Below are positions 44,594-59,385 of a DNA stretch of 64,000 nucleotides, in pieces (the first letter of the stretch is position 1; every line of letters starts with the position of its first letter). Source of the DNA: Chrysomallon squamiferum (lineage: Eukaryota; Animalia; Mollusca). The stretch covers positions 2,790,001 to 2,854,000 of the forward strand of contig CM022674.1 in assembly GCA_012295275.1 (NCBI GenBank), read 5' to 3'. The translations under genes were made by a program, and so were the position numbers. The notes under the pieces are model-generated. The model saw only the letters and a program-made list of their open reading frames with translations, was not told where the DNA came from and made no database searches.

Positions 44594-45751
44594 AATAAAT
44601 AAATAAATAATAGGTCATATTCTATTTCTCTCTAAAAACAACGAATATTGTATTTTACAAAACTCATCTAAAGAAAAATTGTAACTTGTTTGTTTTTTGT
44701 TTCAATATTTACTTATTTATTTCTTTCTTTTTTACAGTTATTTCTATTTTTTATAATTTGTATTTTTTAATTCTTTTGTACATTTTACTCAGTTCTTTAT
44801 CCTTTAATAACTAGCTTATTTTATTGTTTTTATTATTATTATTATTCGTTTGCTGTTTTGCTCGTTTGATTTTCGTTTTATATTTTGTTGTTGTTTTTTC
44901 CTTCGGTTTTTTTATTTCATTGTTTTTTTTCCTCTAAATTTTTGTCACGTTTCCTTGTATCTTTTTCTTCTTTTGATTTGTTTCTTTCTTTTTTTTTTTT
45001 TTTTTAATAATTTCCGCAATTTTATCTTTCTATCCTTTGTTTTCTTTTTTTTCTTTCTTTTTTCTTTCGTTTCTTCTCTCTTTATTTCCGATTTATTTCG
45101 TATTTCTTTTTCAAGTTTTCTTTTTTCTTCTTCATTTCTAGCATGCCCTTATTTATTTATTTGTTTGTTTGTTTGTTTATTTATTTATTTTATTTGTTTG
45201 TTTGTTTGTTTGTTTGTTTATTTATTTATTTATTTTATTTTTTTTTTTTTTTTTTATTTTTTTGTTTGTTTGTTTATTTATTTATTTATTTTATTTTATT
45301 TTTTTTTTTTTTTTTTTTTTTTTACTTATTTTTTTTTTTATTTTTTTTTGTGTTTCGTTTGTTTTAACATTTCAAAATTAACACCAAGCTTTCATGTTGC
45401 TCGATGCTCAATTTTCCTGTCTCTGTAACAACAGGTTTCGTGACACGTGATCGATTATTTTCCAAACAACGTCATCAATTACCAGCTTGCGTAGCAGAGT
45501 CTCTGTCTTTCTTCTTAAACCTGCCGCCGGCTTCAGGCAAATAGCTCTGTATTTGTAAACAGGGCAGCACGTTCCAAGAAAACAGATCCATCAGCGAGAG
45601 TAATCAGAGGTCACGTTTACAGTGACAGAAACTCTACATTTGTCTCTGTCCAGTTTGTTGTTGACTGGAAGGTTTCCGTAAATAGCTGCGGTCTTGAACG
45701 ATGTATCTGGAGGAAAGGATCAAGTTAAAACTCATAAATGTGTAGATAGAC

Positions 45752-45783
<32 letters not shown>

Positions 45784-46094
45784 TGGTTCGTACGTAGGCT
45801 GATAGAATGATCGATAGATAGACAGATAGATAGATGGATAGACAGATGAGACAGACAGATCGTTGAATAAATGAATTAACAGATTGGATGGATGGAAGGA
45901 CGGATAGACAGGCACATTGATTGAAATAATGAACAAGTGAAAGGAAGATGGAGATAGGGGAGAGACAGAAAGTGGAAGAAAGGGCAGAGGCTGTCAGACA
46001 TACAGATATATGGAGAGAAGGACAGACTAGCATAGAAAGAGTGCATGCGAAATATATATATACATATATATGTTAATGTATGGATGCGTATATA

Positions 46095-46325
46095 TGTATG
46101 AATATGTATGTACGTACGTACGTATGTATGTATGAATGTATGTATGTACATGTGTATGTATGAATGTATGTATGTATGTATGTATGTATGAATGTATGAA
46201 TGTATGTATGTATGTATGAATGTATGTATATATGTATGTAAGTATGTATGTATGTATGAATGTATGAATGTATGTATGTATGTATGTATGAATGTATGTA
46301 TGTATGTATGCATGTATGTATATAC
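46095..46325. repeat. (TATG)n/(AATG)n tetranucleotide satellite
   Basis: Direct reading; source of the 'HTYIHTYI' ORFs. Confidence 0.95.
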
Positions 46326-47688
46326 ATGTATATGTATATATCTTCATCTCTATCAATGCAAGCACACTCCAGAAAGATAGAGAGAAAGACAAAGAAAGAT
46401 AGAAAGCAAGGACAGATAATCACGAACACTCTGACACATCGAAAACTTCCCACCGTCTCATTTATAAATAGCTAAAGCTCGATGTCACAGCGGATGTTTT
46501 ACTTTTAAACAGACTGAACGGCGATCAAACCTTCAGCGATAAGAAACCGTAATGGTTTAAAAGGTTTTGAGTTCGATAAACACGCAGTTATCACTAAATA
46601 ATGCATCTTGAGCGTCGACCACACAAATACATGTCATATTTTTTTTTTTTTGTTGTGTTGTTCGTTATATACGAAGCTGTATCAAATTACAGGCATCAAA
46701 GGCGAGCAAGAACACGAACATCTTTGATAATTATTTAATCAGACGGACTAATGGTTAATAATTGTATATCAGATGCGGATCTGATGTGACAGTGTATGAA
46801 AGATTATATGCCATCATTTTTTTTTTTTTTTTTTTTTTTTCAAAAGATTTGGTTAAATTATATCAGCGTATTGATTGATGTAAAATGATGTGGCATAGGT
46901 TGCCTTGAGAATTAAACAGACCTTATTATTATTATTATTATTATAACTATTATTTTAGTAGTAGTAAAACTTAGAAACATTCTTATATGCTTGTTGTTAA
47001 TTTATCAAAATAGATGTTAAGTCTTATCATGCTTCAAGAGAATGGAACGTAAAATATAATAACGAATAAATGAACAAAAGAATGAATGAACAAACAAATA
47101 AATAAATAAATAAATAAATAAACCTATTTTAATCAACCGTGCAGATCATCGAACTAACTAACTTTCAACTGTTTCGGCTGTTTGTTTCAAGCAAAAATAC
47201 CTAAAACTTTTCGCTTCGCCAGCTCGGAGAAATCAAACATGAAGATCGAATTAATTGAATCGATAAACATTTTCAATATTTAACGCCACCACAGAGGGAG
47301 TTTTCTTCTATAGATTACTGCAGCCTCCGGCCTCCACAAACGCTTTCTAGTGCGAGACAACTGGGTCTCACGTTCAACGCTTGGACAGTCTGGAAAATGG
47401 GATTCTCTTGGGAACAGTGCCGTACAAAATGGAGATAACGTGATTACGGTATCGGAGTAAATGCAGTATTTTACCAATTGATTTCCCCTCAACTGCTGAT
47501 AATGTTTTTTTGGTTTTTGTTTATTTTCGTATAAACACGTTCGGCAACACTTCTTTTCTTTCTTTATCTCTGGGTGTCACTGTCTTTCTGATACTTTCTG
47601 TTTTTTGTTTTTTGATACTTTTACTCGCTTTCTGTCTGTCTGGCAGATTTTTCTCATTAATTGTTTCCTTCTGGTTGTTATTTTCCTT

Positions 47689-47780
<92 letters not shown>

Positions 47781-47842
47781 TGTCTCTCTCTCTGTCTCGC
47801 TCTTTCTCTCCTTTCTGTCGTTCCCTTTCTTTATTCTTTATT

Positions 47843-47980
<138 letters not shown>

Positions 47981-49013
47981 ACTCTCAGACTCTATAATTA
48001 TCTCGATGCTCACACTTTAAGTGCATCCTGCTGCAGTCCACATTAATTACTTACACTACGACTTTTCTAGAACAGTGAGTAGCGTACAATCTCTTTGTCT
48101 TCTGCAGAAATCCTATTTAATCGTATTAAATCGAAAAAAAAACGACAGAAGATGATGCCGTCTGTCTGTTTCTCTGTTACGTATGCGTAAACGTCAATAA
48201 ATAAATACACAAATAAATAAATAAATAAATAATATTTTTTCTTCTAGTTCATCAGTTGCCCGTAACTGGCAATAACATCACAGATCGTATAAAATCCACA
48301 AAACGTAATGAACTGAAGTCTACTGGGAATCGCTCATTGTCTTGTCACATTAACATCAATGATGATCTAACACCGTAGCCGTTAACGTCATTAAGGCATC
48401 GTCATAAACAGCAAACATCCAGGTCGTGGGGTTCGTTAATGAAATATATCAACATTCGAGCGAAAGAGTCATAAATGAAACACGAATGAATGTTAACTAC
48501 AGTCCGACAAAAACAGCTGATGCCAGTCAATCTCAGATTTCAATTGCAGTCATTATATTTCATCAATAATTGAATATTTGACCAAGAACTGTCAATGTCC
48601 ATTGTTTTTCTGTATTAATAGTTATTTAGTGTCAGATGTTTTAACGGCTGTCTGAAAGAGGATGGTATTTTCGAAAATAAATGCACTCATCTGAAAAAAA
48701 ATGACATTTTCAAAATGTTGAGAGAGATTGTTTGACTTTGGTTTGTAATAATTTAAAATTCTGTAGGGTACAAGCTACATATGTTTAATGGTTATATCGT
48801 GTCATCGCAGTATGTAATGACCTTAATAACGCAGACAAATTATCTATTCACATACCTCGTGTGAAAAGGTTTATAATGGATACAGTCATGTAACCAAACG
48901 GTGTACTTTAAGAATCGTGACAAAAAATTACAGTGACAGTCTGTAGTAATTTCAAAAGTAGTGTTTTCATCAGTTTATATTTAAAAAAATATATCGTTGG
49001 CAGTTTTTGATTT

Positions 49014-49117
<104 letters not shown>

Positions 49118-50971
49118 GTATATATATATATATAGTAGCATGCGCCCAGGGTCATGTTACTTGAAGACAACAACAACAACAACGTCTGCGATACTGACAT
49201 CACCAGCAGCTACGAAATCTATCAATAACTGTCATATTTTCCAAAAAAACAGCCGCACGTAGACGACGAGGCTATTGTTAGTTGTTTTCTTCCAATGATT
49301 TTTTTTATTTTTATTTTTCCTTTTTCTTTCTTTCTTTTTTTTTTTCTCTCTCGATTTTTCCCAACATGTGACCGTTTCGTGCTTAGTCTAATTAAGACAG
49401 AGCGAGTGTTGGCTGCGAAACCTGTAAAGGCTTTCCGCCTACCAAAGTTATTTTCAAATCGCTGCCTTGACTTTAGATGACGCTTGGCAGCAGTTAATTG
49501 TGATGTTTACTGATTTCAACGTGCATCGTAAACAGCCGCTACATTAATATACACATTAATTGTTACACCAGACATCGAGGGCATAGATCTTGAAAATTAC
49601 TTCTATTAAAGCAACAGCAAAAAAAAAACCCCATTAATTATAATAACGAGGATAAACATCGATAATAAGAGGTTTAATTGAATTAATAATGTCACTGCGG
49701 TTGACGATGTAAAAACAAAAAATGGCGATGATAAAGATGCTAATGGATAATTATATAATGATGGTAATGATGATAATATTGTAATAATGATAATATGATA
49801 TGGTGATAATAATATTCACAATGATGGTAATGATGATAAATATAATAATAATGGTAGTGATGTTAATTATTGCAATGATAATAATGATAATAACTGTTAC
49901 AATGATAATGATGATGATAATTATGATAATGATGGTAATGATGATGATAATTATGACAACAATGACAACACTGTAAGGAATATGTTACAACTACGACGGC
50001 TTCGACTTGAAAAAAACAACAAAAAAAACCCCCAACAACAAACAAACATATACGTGAACATTTTGTGTGGTGTATGAACCTAACCTTGCTTCTGTCTCAC
50101 GATCTCACTATACACTTTTTTTTTTTTTTTTATTTCTTTCCTTTTTTAAAGGAAACCAAAAAAAAAAAAAAAAATCTATAGGTTTTCTCTCGTTAATACG
50201 AAGCACTTCAACATGCGAACTAGAATCGCTTAATGATCAACAAACGTAAATAAACGAAAAAGGTCAGTTTACCGTACAGATGACAGAAACAGACGCAAGC
50301 ACATCTGATTCAGCTCTTTACCAAACAGTTAGGTATATTTTCACAAGCGGCGGAGAGGAAAGGTCATCATGTTATTTTTAGAAATCTTCAGAAACACTTC
50401 AACAAATTGCCAGAACTAAATATCTCTCGCTTGTGACAGAGATAGATATTCAAGTTTGTCTTAATCAGACAACGAGTACTTTTTTTCATTTAAAACGTAG
50501 TCGGTTTGTATCGTTTTGTCGCAAACTAAGGAACAAGCGTTTTTATTAACGACATCCTTCATTGCATGAGGTCTAGGAGTATACGATTTAAAATGTCAGT
50601 GTGCAGTTATGTGGAAACTATAGAAAGTCAATTTTAATTAAATTCTCTATTTTCCGTTACAACAATGAATACATACGTACGTGCGAACGCACATTACCAG
50701 ACGTGCCAGAGAGACGGAGAGACAGAGAGAAAGAACTAAAAGAGGGAAAGAGATAAATATTGAAAGAGAGAAGGGGATAGAGAGAGAAATGGAGTGAGAG
50801 AGAAAGAGAAAGGGACAGATTTAGATATATAGATAGATAATAGATAGATAAATAGATAGATAAACAGATATATAAATAGATAGATAAATAGACAGACAGA
50901 CTGACAAACAGACAAACAGACTGACAAATAGACAGACAGATATATATATATATATATAGCGAGAGAGAGAA

Positions 50972-51096
<125 letters not shown>

Positions 51097-52279
51097 GAGG
51101 AAGAGAAAAATAGAGAGAGATGGATTAAGTAAGTGTCATCCATACACTATCAATCAAACACAGATGATCAGACAAATAAACAGACTAAACGGAGCAAGTA
51201 AACAAGACAGTGCTGAGTGCGCTGATTCGACGAAAACTGCCAGTGAGGTGATGAAAACCTCGTTTAGTCTCGTATTTCCTCGGACGCCTCTGACACCCCC
51301 CCCACACACACACACACCCGCACGCAAAACCAGTCTTCCTGCGCATGGCATATGTCACCCCACAATCCATATGTAATGAAATAAAACCCGGTGCGAATTT
51401 TTACAGGCAATCGCTCCTCAGTTCACTACGTGATTCGCTTTCTTTCGCAATTTCGCATTCTTCGACCGAGGATAATTATTCACTTTGATGATGCCCATTA
51501 CCATCGCCGTTATTTGTTTTTCCCTTCCCCCCTTTCTCGGCGAATCTCGACACAAGAAGAGAAATCAATATGTATTAATTAATGCACGATTAAGCAGGTA
51601 CGGAAATACTGGATCAGAACAGCGGACCTCGAAGAGATCACTGAGAATAATGGCTGCATCCTGAGTTTACGTCCTTTGACTCCGATGGTTCTACCGCAAG
51701 GAATAAGATTCGATGATAGCTGAAGCGTTCTGAGCGAATCGCTATCGTATTAACTCGAGAATAAGATTACGAATAGGAACGATTATAAACGAGCAGAAGA
51801 AGAAGAAAAAGGTATCAATAAACATCTAAAGCAAGAAGAGCTACGTCAAGAATGATAACGACAGTGATGTCTAGGATAACATAAGAACAAAACACAACAA
51901 TGAGGTTGATAATAGAAATTGCATCGTGAACGTGAAGAGCAGAACATTAGAAGTCGTATCAGATACAACAACGACATTAATAATAGCTCTTTTTCTGTTT
52001 CTTCCTCTTTTGCAAATTTAGTTAATGTTTCTCAACATGTTGAAGTAAATACTGCCGTTTACGATTGGCAATAAATGTTGTCGTTCATTTTCTTTCTTTC
52101 TTTCTTTCTTTTGTTTAATTTTATTTTATTTAGTTGCTGCTGTTATTATTGTTGGCGAATGTTATGCAGGATACTCTAAATAGAAAAAAGATATCGTAAG
52201 TAAATATAACACTAATTCAGTAACCGACCTTCTGTATAATTATAACCATGTGAATCATCATTCATTTACATTTAAATAT

Positions 52280-52353
<74 letters not shown>

Positions 52354-53642
52354 TTATAATCATGAAAAAATTAATAATAGTAAAATAAATAAAAATAATT
52401 TTGAATTAAATTTTTTTTTTTAAAAAGGAAAAAAAAAAGAAGAAAAACTAAATAAAAGAAAACATTTTCTACTGATCGTTAGTTATTTAGTTGTGAATGC
52501 CCCGCTGTTTAATTCACTGTCAGGCTAAAATATTTTTACAGTATCTAATTGATTTCGTTACAATAATGAGCTAATTCATTTTGTCTTTTTTCAACCATAA
52601 GCTTGTTTTTCACCACATACAATCTCTCTCAGCAGGATGCATTCATCTTAATTTGTTTGAAACTCAAACTAGAATATATTTTTTTTAAAAACCTTTCCTT
52701 AAAAATGATCGATAGTTATTGTCAAACCATTGGTAGATTTCCAGCAATTATTAATTATCCTCTACCAGTAAAAATTTCTGCAGTTCACTTAAGTTACGCA
52801 TTTCTTGATCACCTTCGTTATTACTTTAGAAAGTTACGTAAACTTAAGAACGCGATTACGACATTTATCAACATTTACGACATTCGGCTGTCTTGATCGT
52901 AACTGCTAATAAGCGAACAATTATATAGAACTTACGAACATTAGTTACGTATACTCCTCAACACGTTATACTTCCTTGAAGATTATGAATAATGTCTGAG
53001 CAAAACTTTCATAATAAAGATTGAGACCAATTCCTGAAAAAAAAAAAAAAAGAGAAAAACTTTTCTTGGAGTCCGTAGACTTTTCGTTCGTTAGTTCTAG
53101 TCATACGACTGTTAAAAAAAAAAAAAAAAAAAAAAAAAATAAAATCCCCACTTATTAGATCAAACCTACTCATGTCGATAAAAAAAAAATTGTAGATTTG
53201 TTAACGTGGAATAAAAATTCGTTCATTGTTCTGTGTTCTGTCTCCTGAACAATCTTTTTTAAAAAGGGTTTAAAATTTGCTGCTGTGTTTCACGTCATTT
53301 CTACAAAAAAACGCCACAGCCAGGCGTCTGAGATATAATTTATTGACAAGTGCGGAACGGATGAGTCTAATCTTCATAACAATCATCAAATTTTGTATTA
53401 TCTACAAACAGAAAAGTTCCTCGTGAAATTTAAAGAGATAGAAACCTTTGAAATATATGACATTTGTCCTGGTAAAATAAAATTTTAACAGTCTGAAACA
53501 TGTAGTATTTTTTTTTTTTTTTTTGACAGATGTCGGAAGATTTCGTCTGTCAAAAATATTAAAATGTTTGATCGAGTTAGCTGTAAAACGTTCTAAAACT
53601 GAAAACATAGATACACACACACAGGGATGAACAGACAGACAA

Positions 53643-53675
<33 letters not shown>

Positions 53676-54475
53676 ATACTAGTTAAAAGGTTATGTTGGT
53701 TGTCTTAACAGTTGTGTTTAATGGACAATGCCCGGCGCATTACAAATGACTATATGCTTTCCTATCTGTTAAAACTTCCAGCTGTTTCTTGTTTAAATGC
53801 CTACTGAAGATGAGTGTTGATTGCTTCTTGTAGCTGATGCACAAATGTTAGTCGCCGAGAATCGTGAATCGTCTTCTTTATCATCTTTATACTCTCTGTG
53901 ATTGAATGACGAATCGTTTTTGACGAAACCTAGCGGATTTGACCCTCTTAGCGTAAGACGATCTTGAAGAAAGTAACAGATTGTTCTTCTTAAACTCAGA
54001 GATGTACGTAATTCGTTCAGATACGGTTTGTTGTTTTCAATTTAACTCCCTAAAGAAGACAGTTGTTTTAATAAAACATTCTATATTTCTCAGAAGTGTA
54101 TGGAGATTGTTATTTCTTAGTGGTGGTACATTTCTTTAAGTGGATAGTTTGTAGCTTAAAATCTGTTATTTGATTCTGAGCATTCTTTAATGTATTCTGA
54201 GTTATTTGGGTTTGTCTTTAAAAAATAAAGGAAATAATGGAATAAAGAATGCCAGTATTGAGAGAGACGAAGAAAAGAATGGCTGAATTCCTACAGTGAA
54301 GAATGCTTTTAAGTCTTTTCTTTTCTCAAAAACAACAGCATAAAAGATATAATAATATTATTTTCATCATTGCCGTCATTGTCATCATTATTAGTATATG
54401 CACATGTATATATGTATGTGTTTGCGTGTGTGTGTTTGTGTGTGTATGTGTGTGTGTTTTTATAGAGAGAGAGAG

Positions 54476-54520
<45 letters not shown>

Positions 54521-55300
54521 GCTTCTACGTTTAGAAGTACAACCAAGAATCTCTTCAGCTGGTTAAATCAACTATTAAATTTTTGCATTCACTCCATTAC
54601 AACAATCACATTATGAGACACGGAACTGTATATAAAAGCAGCTTATATATATATATATCTGTAGAACTGATTTAACACTAGCCGCATGAACGCACTGCTA
54701 CTCTTATTATTTTCATAGAGTCACTGAATGCATATATCATCCTTTTGTATTTCCAGAAGAGACCTGAAAACACAGGTTTAAAGTGGAAAACATTTTTCTT
54801 ATTCTAAATGCCCATGTTCACGCAGTAATCATTATTATTTTGAAAGCTTCCAGCCGTTCGCCCATTAGTGACGAACATGCACTAAATGGCCATTAAACTA
54901 TAAGATGTGTGTAGTGATAAAAAAAAAAAAATAAAAATAAAATAATAATAATGAAAAAAAAAAGAAGAAAATCAAATAACGATTGAGGAGGGAGAGAAAA
55001 AAAAAGAAAAAAAAAAAGAAATTAAAAGAAGAGAAAGTAAGCTGTTGATGATGATGATGATGATGATGATTATAAAGATGATGGTGATGATGATGATGAC
55101 GGTTCTGATGCTGATAATGATATTGAAGAAATAAAGTAGAGAATGATAGGAATGAAATAGAACAAGAAGAAACAGAATAAAAATAAAAATATTACGACAA
55201 CGACAATAATGACAATGACGACAATGATGTCGATGAAAACAAAAAAGTAACCACGATCAAAACATCGAGAAAGATTAAGGAAAAGAGTTATGTTACTGTT

Positions 55301-55348
<48 letters not shown>

Positions 55349-55794
55349 GTACTAGTAGTATTGCTAATATTAGTACTGCTGCTACTACAACAACTACAAC
55401 TACTACAACTGCTCACGCCATTTCACATAATTTTTCTATACCATCTGTCAAGTGTTGTTTTCAAACGATGATCGATCGCTCATTACTTAGCCTAAAGCAC
55501 ACGAGAAATTCTGTGCCACTTCTATGATCTATTGGCACATATACATTTTTTCTCTCTTTCTCTCTCCCTTTTTGTTTGAACAAGATTTTTATCCTGCGGC
55601 TCTGAACATCAGAGTAAATTGGCCACATCAATTCTCAGCAGACATATCGGCGTAAATTTGTATTGATGTAGGTCAAGCTGGCGGTAATGGGCGTCCAACA
55701 CTAATTAGTTTCTTATTACTGACAATGTTTACTTTTTAATATAGTTATTACAAAAAAAAAAAAAAAAAAAAAAATTAATACGAAACCAATAGAA

Positions 55795-55796
55795 GC

Positions 55797-55830
<34 letters not shown>

Positions 55831-55976
55831 GTTACTGTTGTTGTTGTTATATTTACGACTAATACTATAACTTTTTAATAGCATTATTTATATACTGTAT
55901 TTGATTTTGATTTTTTATATTATTATTATTATTATTATTATTATTATCATTATTATTACTATTATTATTATTACTA

Positions 55977-56007
<31 letters not shown>

Positions 56008-56048
56008 TACTATCATCATCATTATTATTATTGTTACTATTATTATTA

Positions 56049-56093
<45 letters not shown>

Positions 56094-56103
56094 CTATTAT
56101 TAA

Positions 56104-56135
<32 letters not shown>
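55795..56135. repeat. (ATT)n/(ATC)n degenerate trinucleotide tract
   Basis: Direct reading. Confidence 0.93.
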
Positions 56136-56136
<1 letters not shown>

Positions 56137-56428
56137 AAATTTCCTGTGAACAACAAAGATTATGGCACGCCACTTAGATGTATATTAATACGTTAGAGTG
56201 ATAACTTTACCTATGTCTGGGACTGCAGACTCCGATACATCATTTTAAACAAATTTGGCGTGTGTATGGGCGTGTCTGAATGGTGTCGTGGGAGAAAACA
56301 CTTTTTACACGATTCTGAAGAAACTCGCTAATCTCTTTCATCCTCAAAGGATACAAGACAGATCGAGCTTCGTAAAAATTCATTTTTAAAATTTTTTGAG
56401 GAATGAGAACCGTGCTGACAAGACGCGT

Positions 56429-57268
56429 GGTTTGTTCCCGAATCTGGCAGTGAGATTATAACACATCGTAATTGGACACGACAGTTGTTCCATTTCTGGC
56501 AGTTTATTGCTCACCCTTACTAATTGGTGTTCCGTCACCTTAACTGATGGCCCATCACCTTAACTGATGTACTTTTGTTAAACTGTATTTTGTCCACAAT
56601 TTGTAGGACAATCAGTCACACTCTACACAAGGAATGTTCCAGTTTGCGGAACCTTTTTCGCTCTCTGTCTGTACAAGCTGGATTTGATGCCCTCAAACAT
56701 ACTCAGCTTGGAAGCTATGTCCTGTGGTGTTGCGTCTCCATACTAGGTCAACAACTTCTTCCTCTCCTCTTCATATATCTTTGGGATACTGGTCAGCTCG
56801 TCCCGTGCTCGCTTCCGCATGGTGTTGGTCAGTAGGTGGACAGCAACTTCGCTCTCATCCGAGGAATGGATGTGGTCTTTATCTCTCCTGAACACCGTCC
56901 CATCCGGTGTAGCGGTCACGGTGTCAAGGCACCTCGAATACAAACATCTCCATGGTACCATTCTTGTTACTAATCCGCCGTGCATACCTATATCCATCAA
57001 GTATGAGGTCCGCACCTGGTTTTCTGCCGTCCAAAATTTCTCCCTTCGCAGCCATGATCGAACATAACAAACATCATGTACAGTATTTATATAGGTAGTA
57101 TTTCCTGTATTCACTGCTCATTAAAGTTAATCTCGTTAATCGCCCCCTCTGTTCTTCACGCCTCTAAATTGGCCTTAATTGCTCACGCCAGTTTTCCTAT
57201 TTCTGGAAGCGGATTAGAACACCTCACCGATTACATAATCTGGGGACTGCCAGTTTTGGGAACATACC
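56429..57268 (-). mobile_element. Internally deleted Mutator/MULE-like DNA transposon (840 bp) with terminal inverted repeats and a degenerate 9-bp TSD
   Basis: Left end GGTTTGTTCCCGAATCTGGCAGT--GAGATTAT (from 56429) matches the reverse complement of the right end (ending 57268), GGTATGTTCCCAAAACTGGCAGTCCCCAGATTAT. Flanks AAGACGCGT (56420-56428) and AAGACGATC (57269-57277) share their first 6 of 9 bases, and 9-bp TSDs are typical of MULEs. The element encloses a FLYWCH transposase relic. Confidence 0.8.
56641..57055 (-). pseudogene. FLYWCH zinc-finger / MULE-type transposase N-terminal fragment (one frameshift, one in-frame stop, catalytic DDE domain absent)
   Basis: Manual translation from ATG 57055 gives MAAKGEILDGRKPGADLILDGYRYARRISNKNGT, then a frameshift near 56953, then WRCLYSRCLDTVTATPDGTVFRRDKDHIHSSDESEVAVHLLTNTMRKRARDELTSIPKIYEEERKKLLT*YGDATPQDIASKLSMFEGIKSSLYRQRAKKVPQT. 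This has the L..GYRY...WRC-x4-C-x18-HxH FLYWCH pattern, followed by MRKRA..E..SIPKIYEEE and F..IKSSLYRQR segments that resemble the linker of animal FLYWCH-MULE transposases. Confidence 0.82.
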
Positions 57269-57559
57269 AAGACGATCTCTTTGTTCAGCGAATTCGCAAA
57301 TTTCAAGCTTGAATTTTACTTGTTTTGCTTGGAAGCTCTGCAAATGTAATAGGGTGTATAAAAATAGTTTAACGCCATAGAGATACTGTTTATTGTTTCT
57401 TGAAATAAGAAAATGAACTAAGTCATATTAAATAACGTATTAGAATTCATCCATTACTGGTCTTGCCTGAAGTAAGAAAATATAAACTTAAGATAAAATT
57501 TTAAAAAAATGAAAGAAAGAAAGAAACCTGTTAACGTCTACTCACTGCTGTTATTTACC

Positions 57560-57845
57560 TAAATTAAATTAAATAAACCTTTTATCCTATATCAGCTTCC
57601 ATTGTTTCTTCAATTTAACAAGAAACGAACCTGTGCTATATTAAACATCTTTTTATCCTATATTTATTTATTGCTACTGTTTCTGGAAACAAATAAATTA
57701 AATAACCTATTATCCTATATCAATTTCCAGCTTTTTTCTTAATGAAACAAACAAGAAACTGCCCTATGTTACATTACATATCGTATTATCCTCTGTATCC
57801 TATATTTATTGCTTCTGTCTCTTGAAACACGAAACAAACCTAAGT
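57560..57845. repeat. Old degenerate tandem duplication, ~130-bp period with a TATCCTATAT sub-repeat
   Basis: AATTAAATAAACCTTTTATCCTATATCAGCTTCC (~57566) vs AATTAAATAACCTATTATCCTATATCAATTTCC (~57696). TATCCTATAT recurs four times. Confidence 0.75.
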
Positions 57846-58524
57846 TATTATTTTTCTTTTTAAAAGTCTTACCTCACATCCATCACGTCTTTAATACTTA
57901 CACAACAAGAAGTTAATTTTCCTCGCATTAATAAAATATCAATCTTCACTAAAACGTGTCTCTTGTTGTTTTCTGATTTTATTTCTGGTTATCTGATCGC
58001 AACCGGTGATGCATGGTTGCAATTAGCGAGGGTTGGAGGATCTAGCTTTGCCTGAAAATAAAGTATGGAGAAAAATGGTTGTTGAAGTATTACACAAACT
58101 GACAAGAAGTAGCGTTATTGAGACACATAACTAGAAAAGAAAGAAAAAGAAAAGAAGGAAGGAAAGGAAAGATACACAGGCAGGCACATATATAGATAGG
58201 TGCAGACACGCACATACGTACACACACAAATATATATATATACACACATATACATATACATACGTACATATAGATATAGACAGAGACATACAGACATACA
58301 TACACACAGGTTGACAGACTGACTGACTGATTCATAAACACAGACACATCGCACTAACCAATATTTAAAAAAAATATATACATATTATATATGTATATAT
58401 ATATATATTCCCGTTGACATATCGATCACTTTATCAACCAAAGCTTTCAGATTAAAGGAACACGTTGACAAGAATTGAAAGGAAAATAAACTAGTCACGA
58501 AAGAACCTTGAAAAAAAAAGAAAA

Positions 58525-58567
<43 letters not shown>

Positions 58568-59354
58568 AAGTAAAAGTCAAATACTGGAGGGAAATACATG
58601 AGAGAAAAATACGAAACCCAGCGGACACATTTATAAATAAAACTGTTAGCAGGTCTAACTCTGCTATAACCAGTCCATTTGTCATAAACCAGTTTTCAGA
58701 AGAACCCTGAATTATGTATGCTTTCGCCTCAGGCTTATACAGGGCTTTTTTTCTTTTTCATCACTTTTTTTTTGTTTGTTCCATAGATGGCATTTTACCT
58801 TCAGACTCTAGGGCATCATGAAACAATACCATCCTGTCTGCTTACACAAAACGGTGCAAACTGAAGCAGTTGTAGATCAAACTGTAGATTATGGCAGAAT
58901 ACCAATTCATTTTCATTTGACGGTAATGCCATTATTTTCCATTCCTCGATAAATTGATACAACTTGTATATGTTTACCCAAGGGCGTCATTTGTTTAGAA
59001 AAGAAAAAAAAAAAAAAAAGGTGAAATGAACGAAAATTAGAAATAATTTGTCAAGTGGTGCAACAGCTACACAACACATGTGCATACAAAGCCGAGCAGA
59101 GGAATGGTTAGGAATTATACACAGACAATTCTAATTAAGAAATAATACAATGAAAGCTTCCAACAACATGCCAGCTGATGCATATAAAATGAATTATGTT
59201 CAGCACTGACGATTTCGGTAATAACATTGTTGTCACACATCTTAATTTTCTCTTTGATAAAATAACTGCCGAACGATAGACGGTTTTTTTCGTGCGTAGA
59301 ATAATTCAAATGAAGACTGTATTATTATTCTTAATTTGCTTCTATTGACTGATC

Positions 59355-59385
<31 letters not shown>

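Noticed and set aside
48421-48437. AGGTCGTGGGGTTCG, a tRNA variable-loop/T-arm-like string
   Set aside because: The B-box is incomplete, with no matching A-box or closing stem.
53075-53092. GACTTTTCGTTCGTT, resembling the 3' end of miR-278
   Set aside because: The seed region is absent and there is no precursor hairpin; I recognised no conserved miRNA, snRNA or rRNA anywhere in the window.
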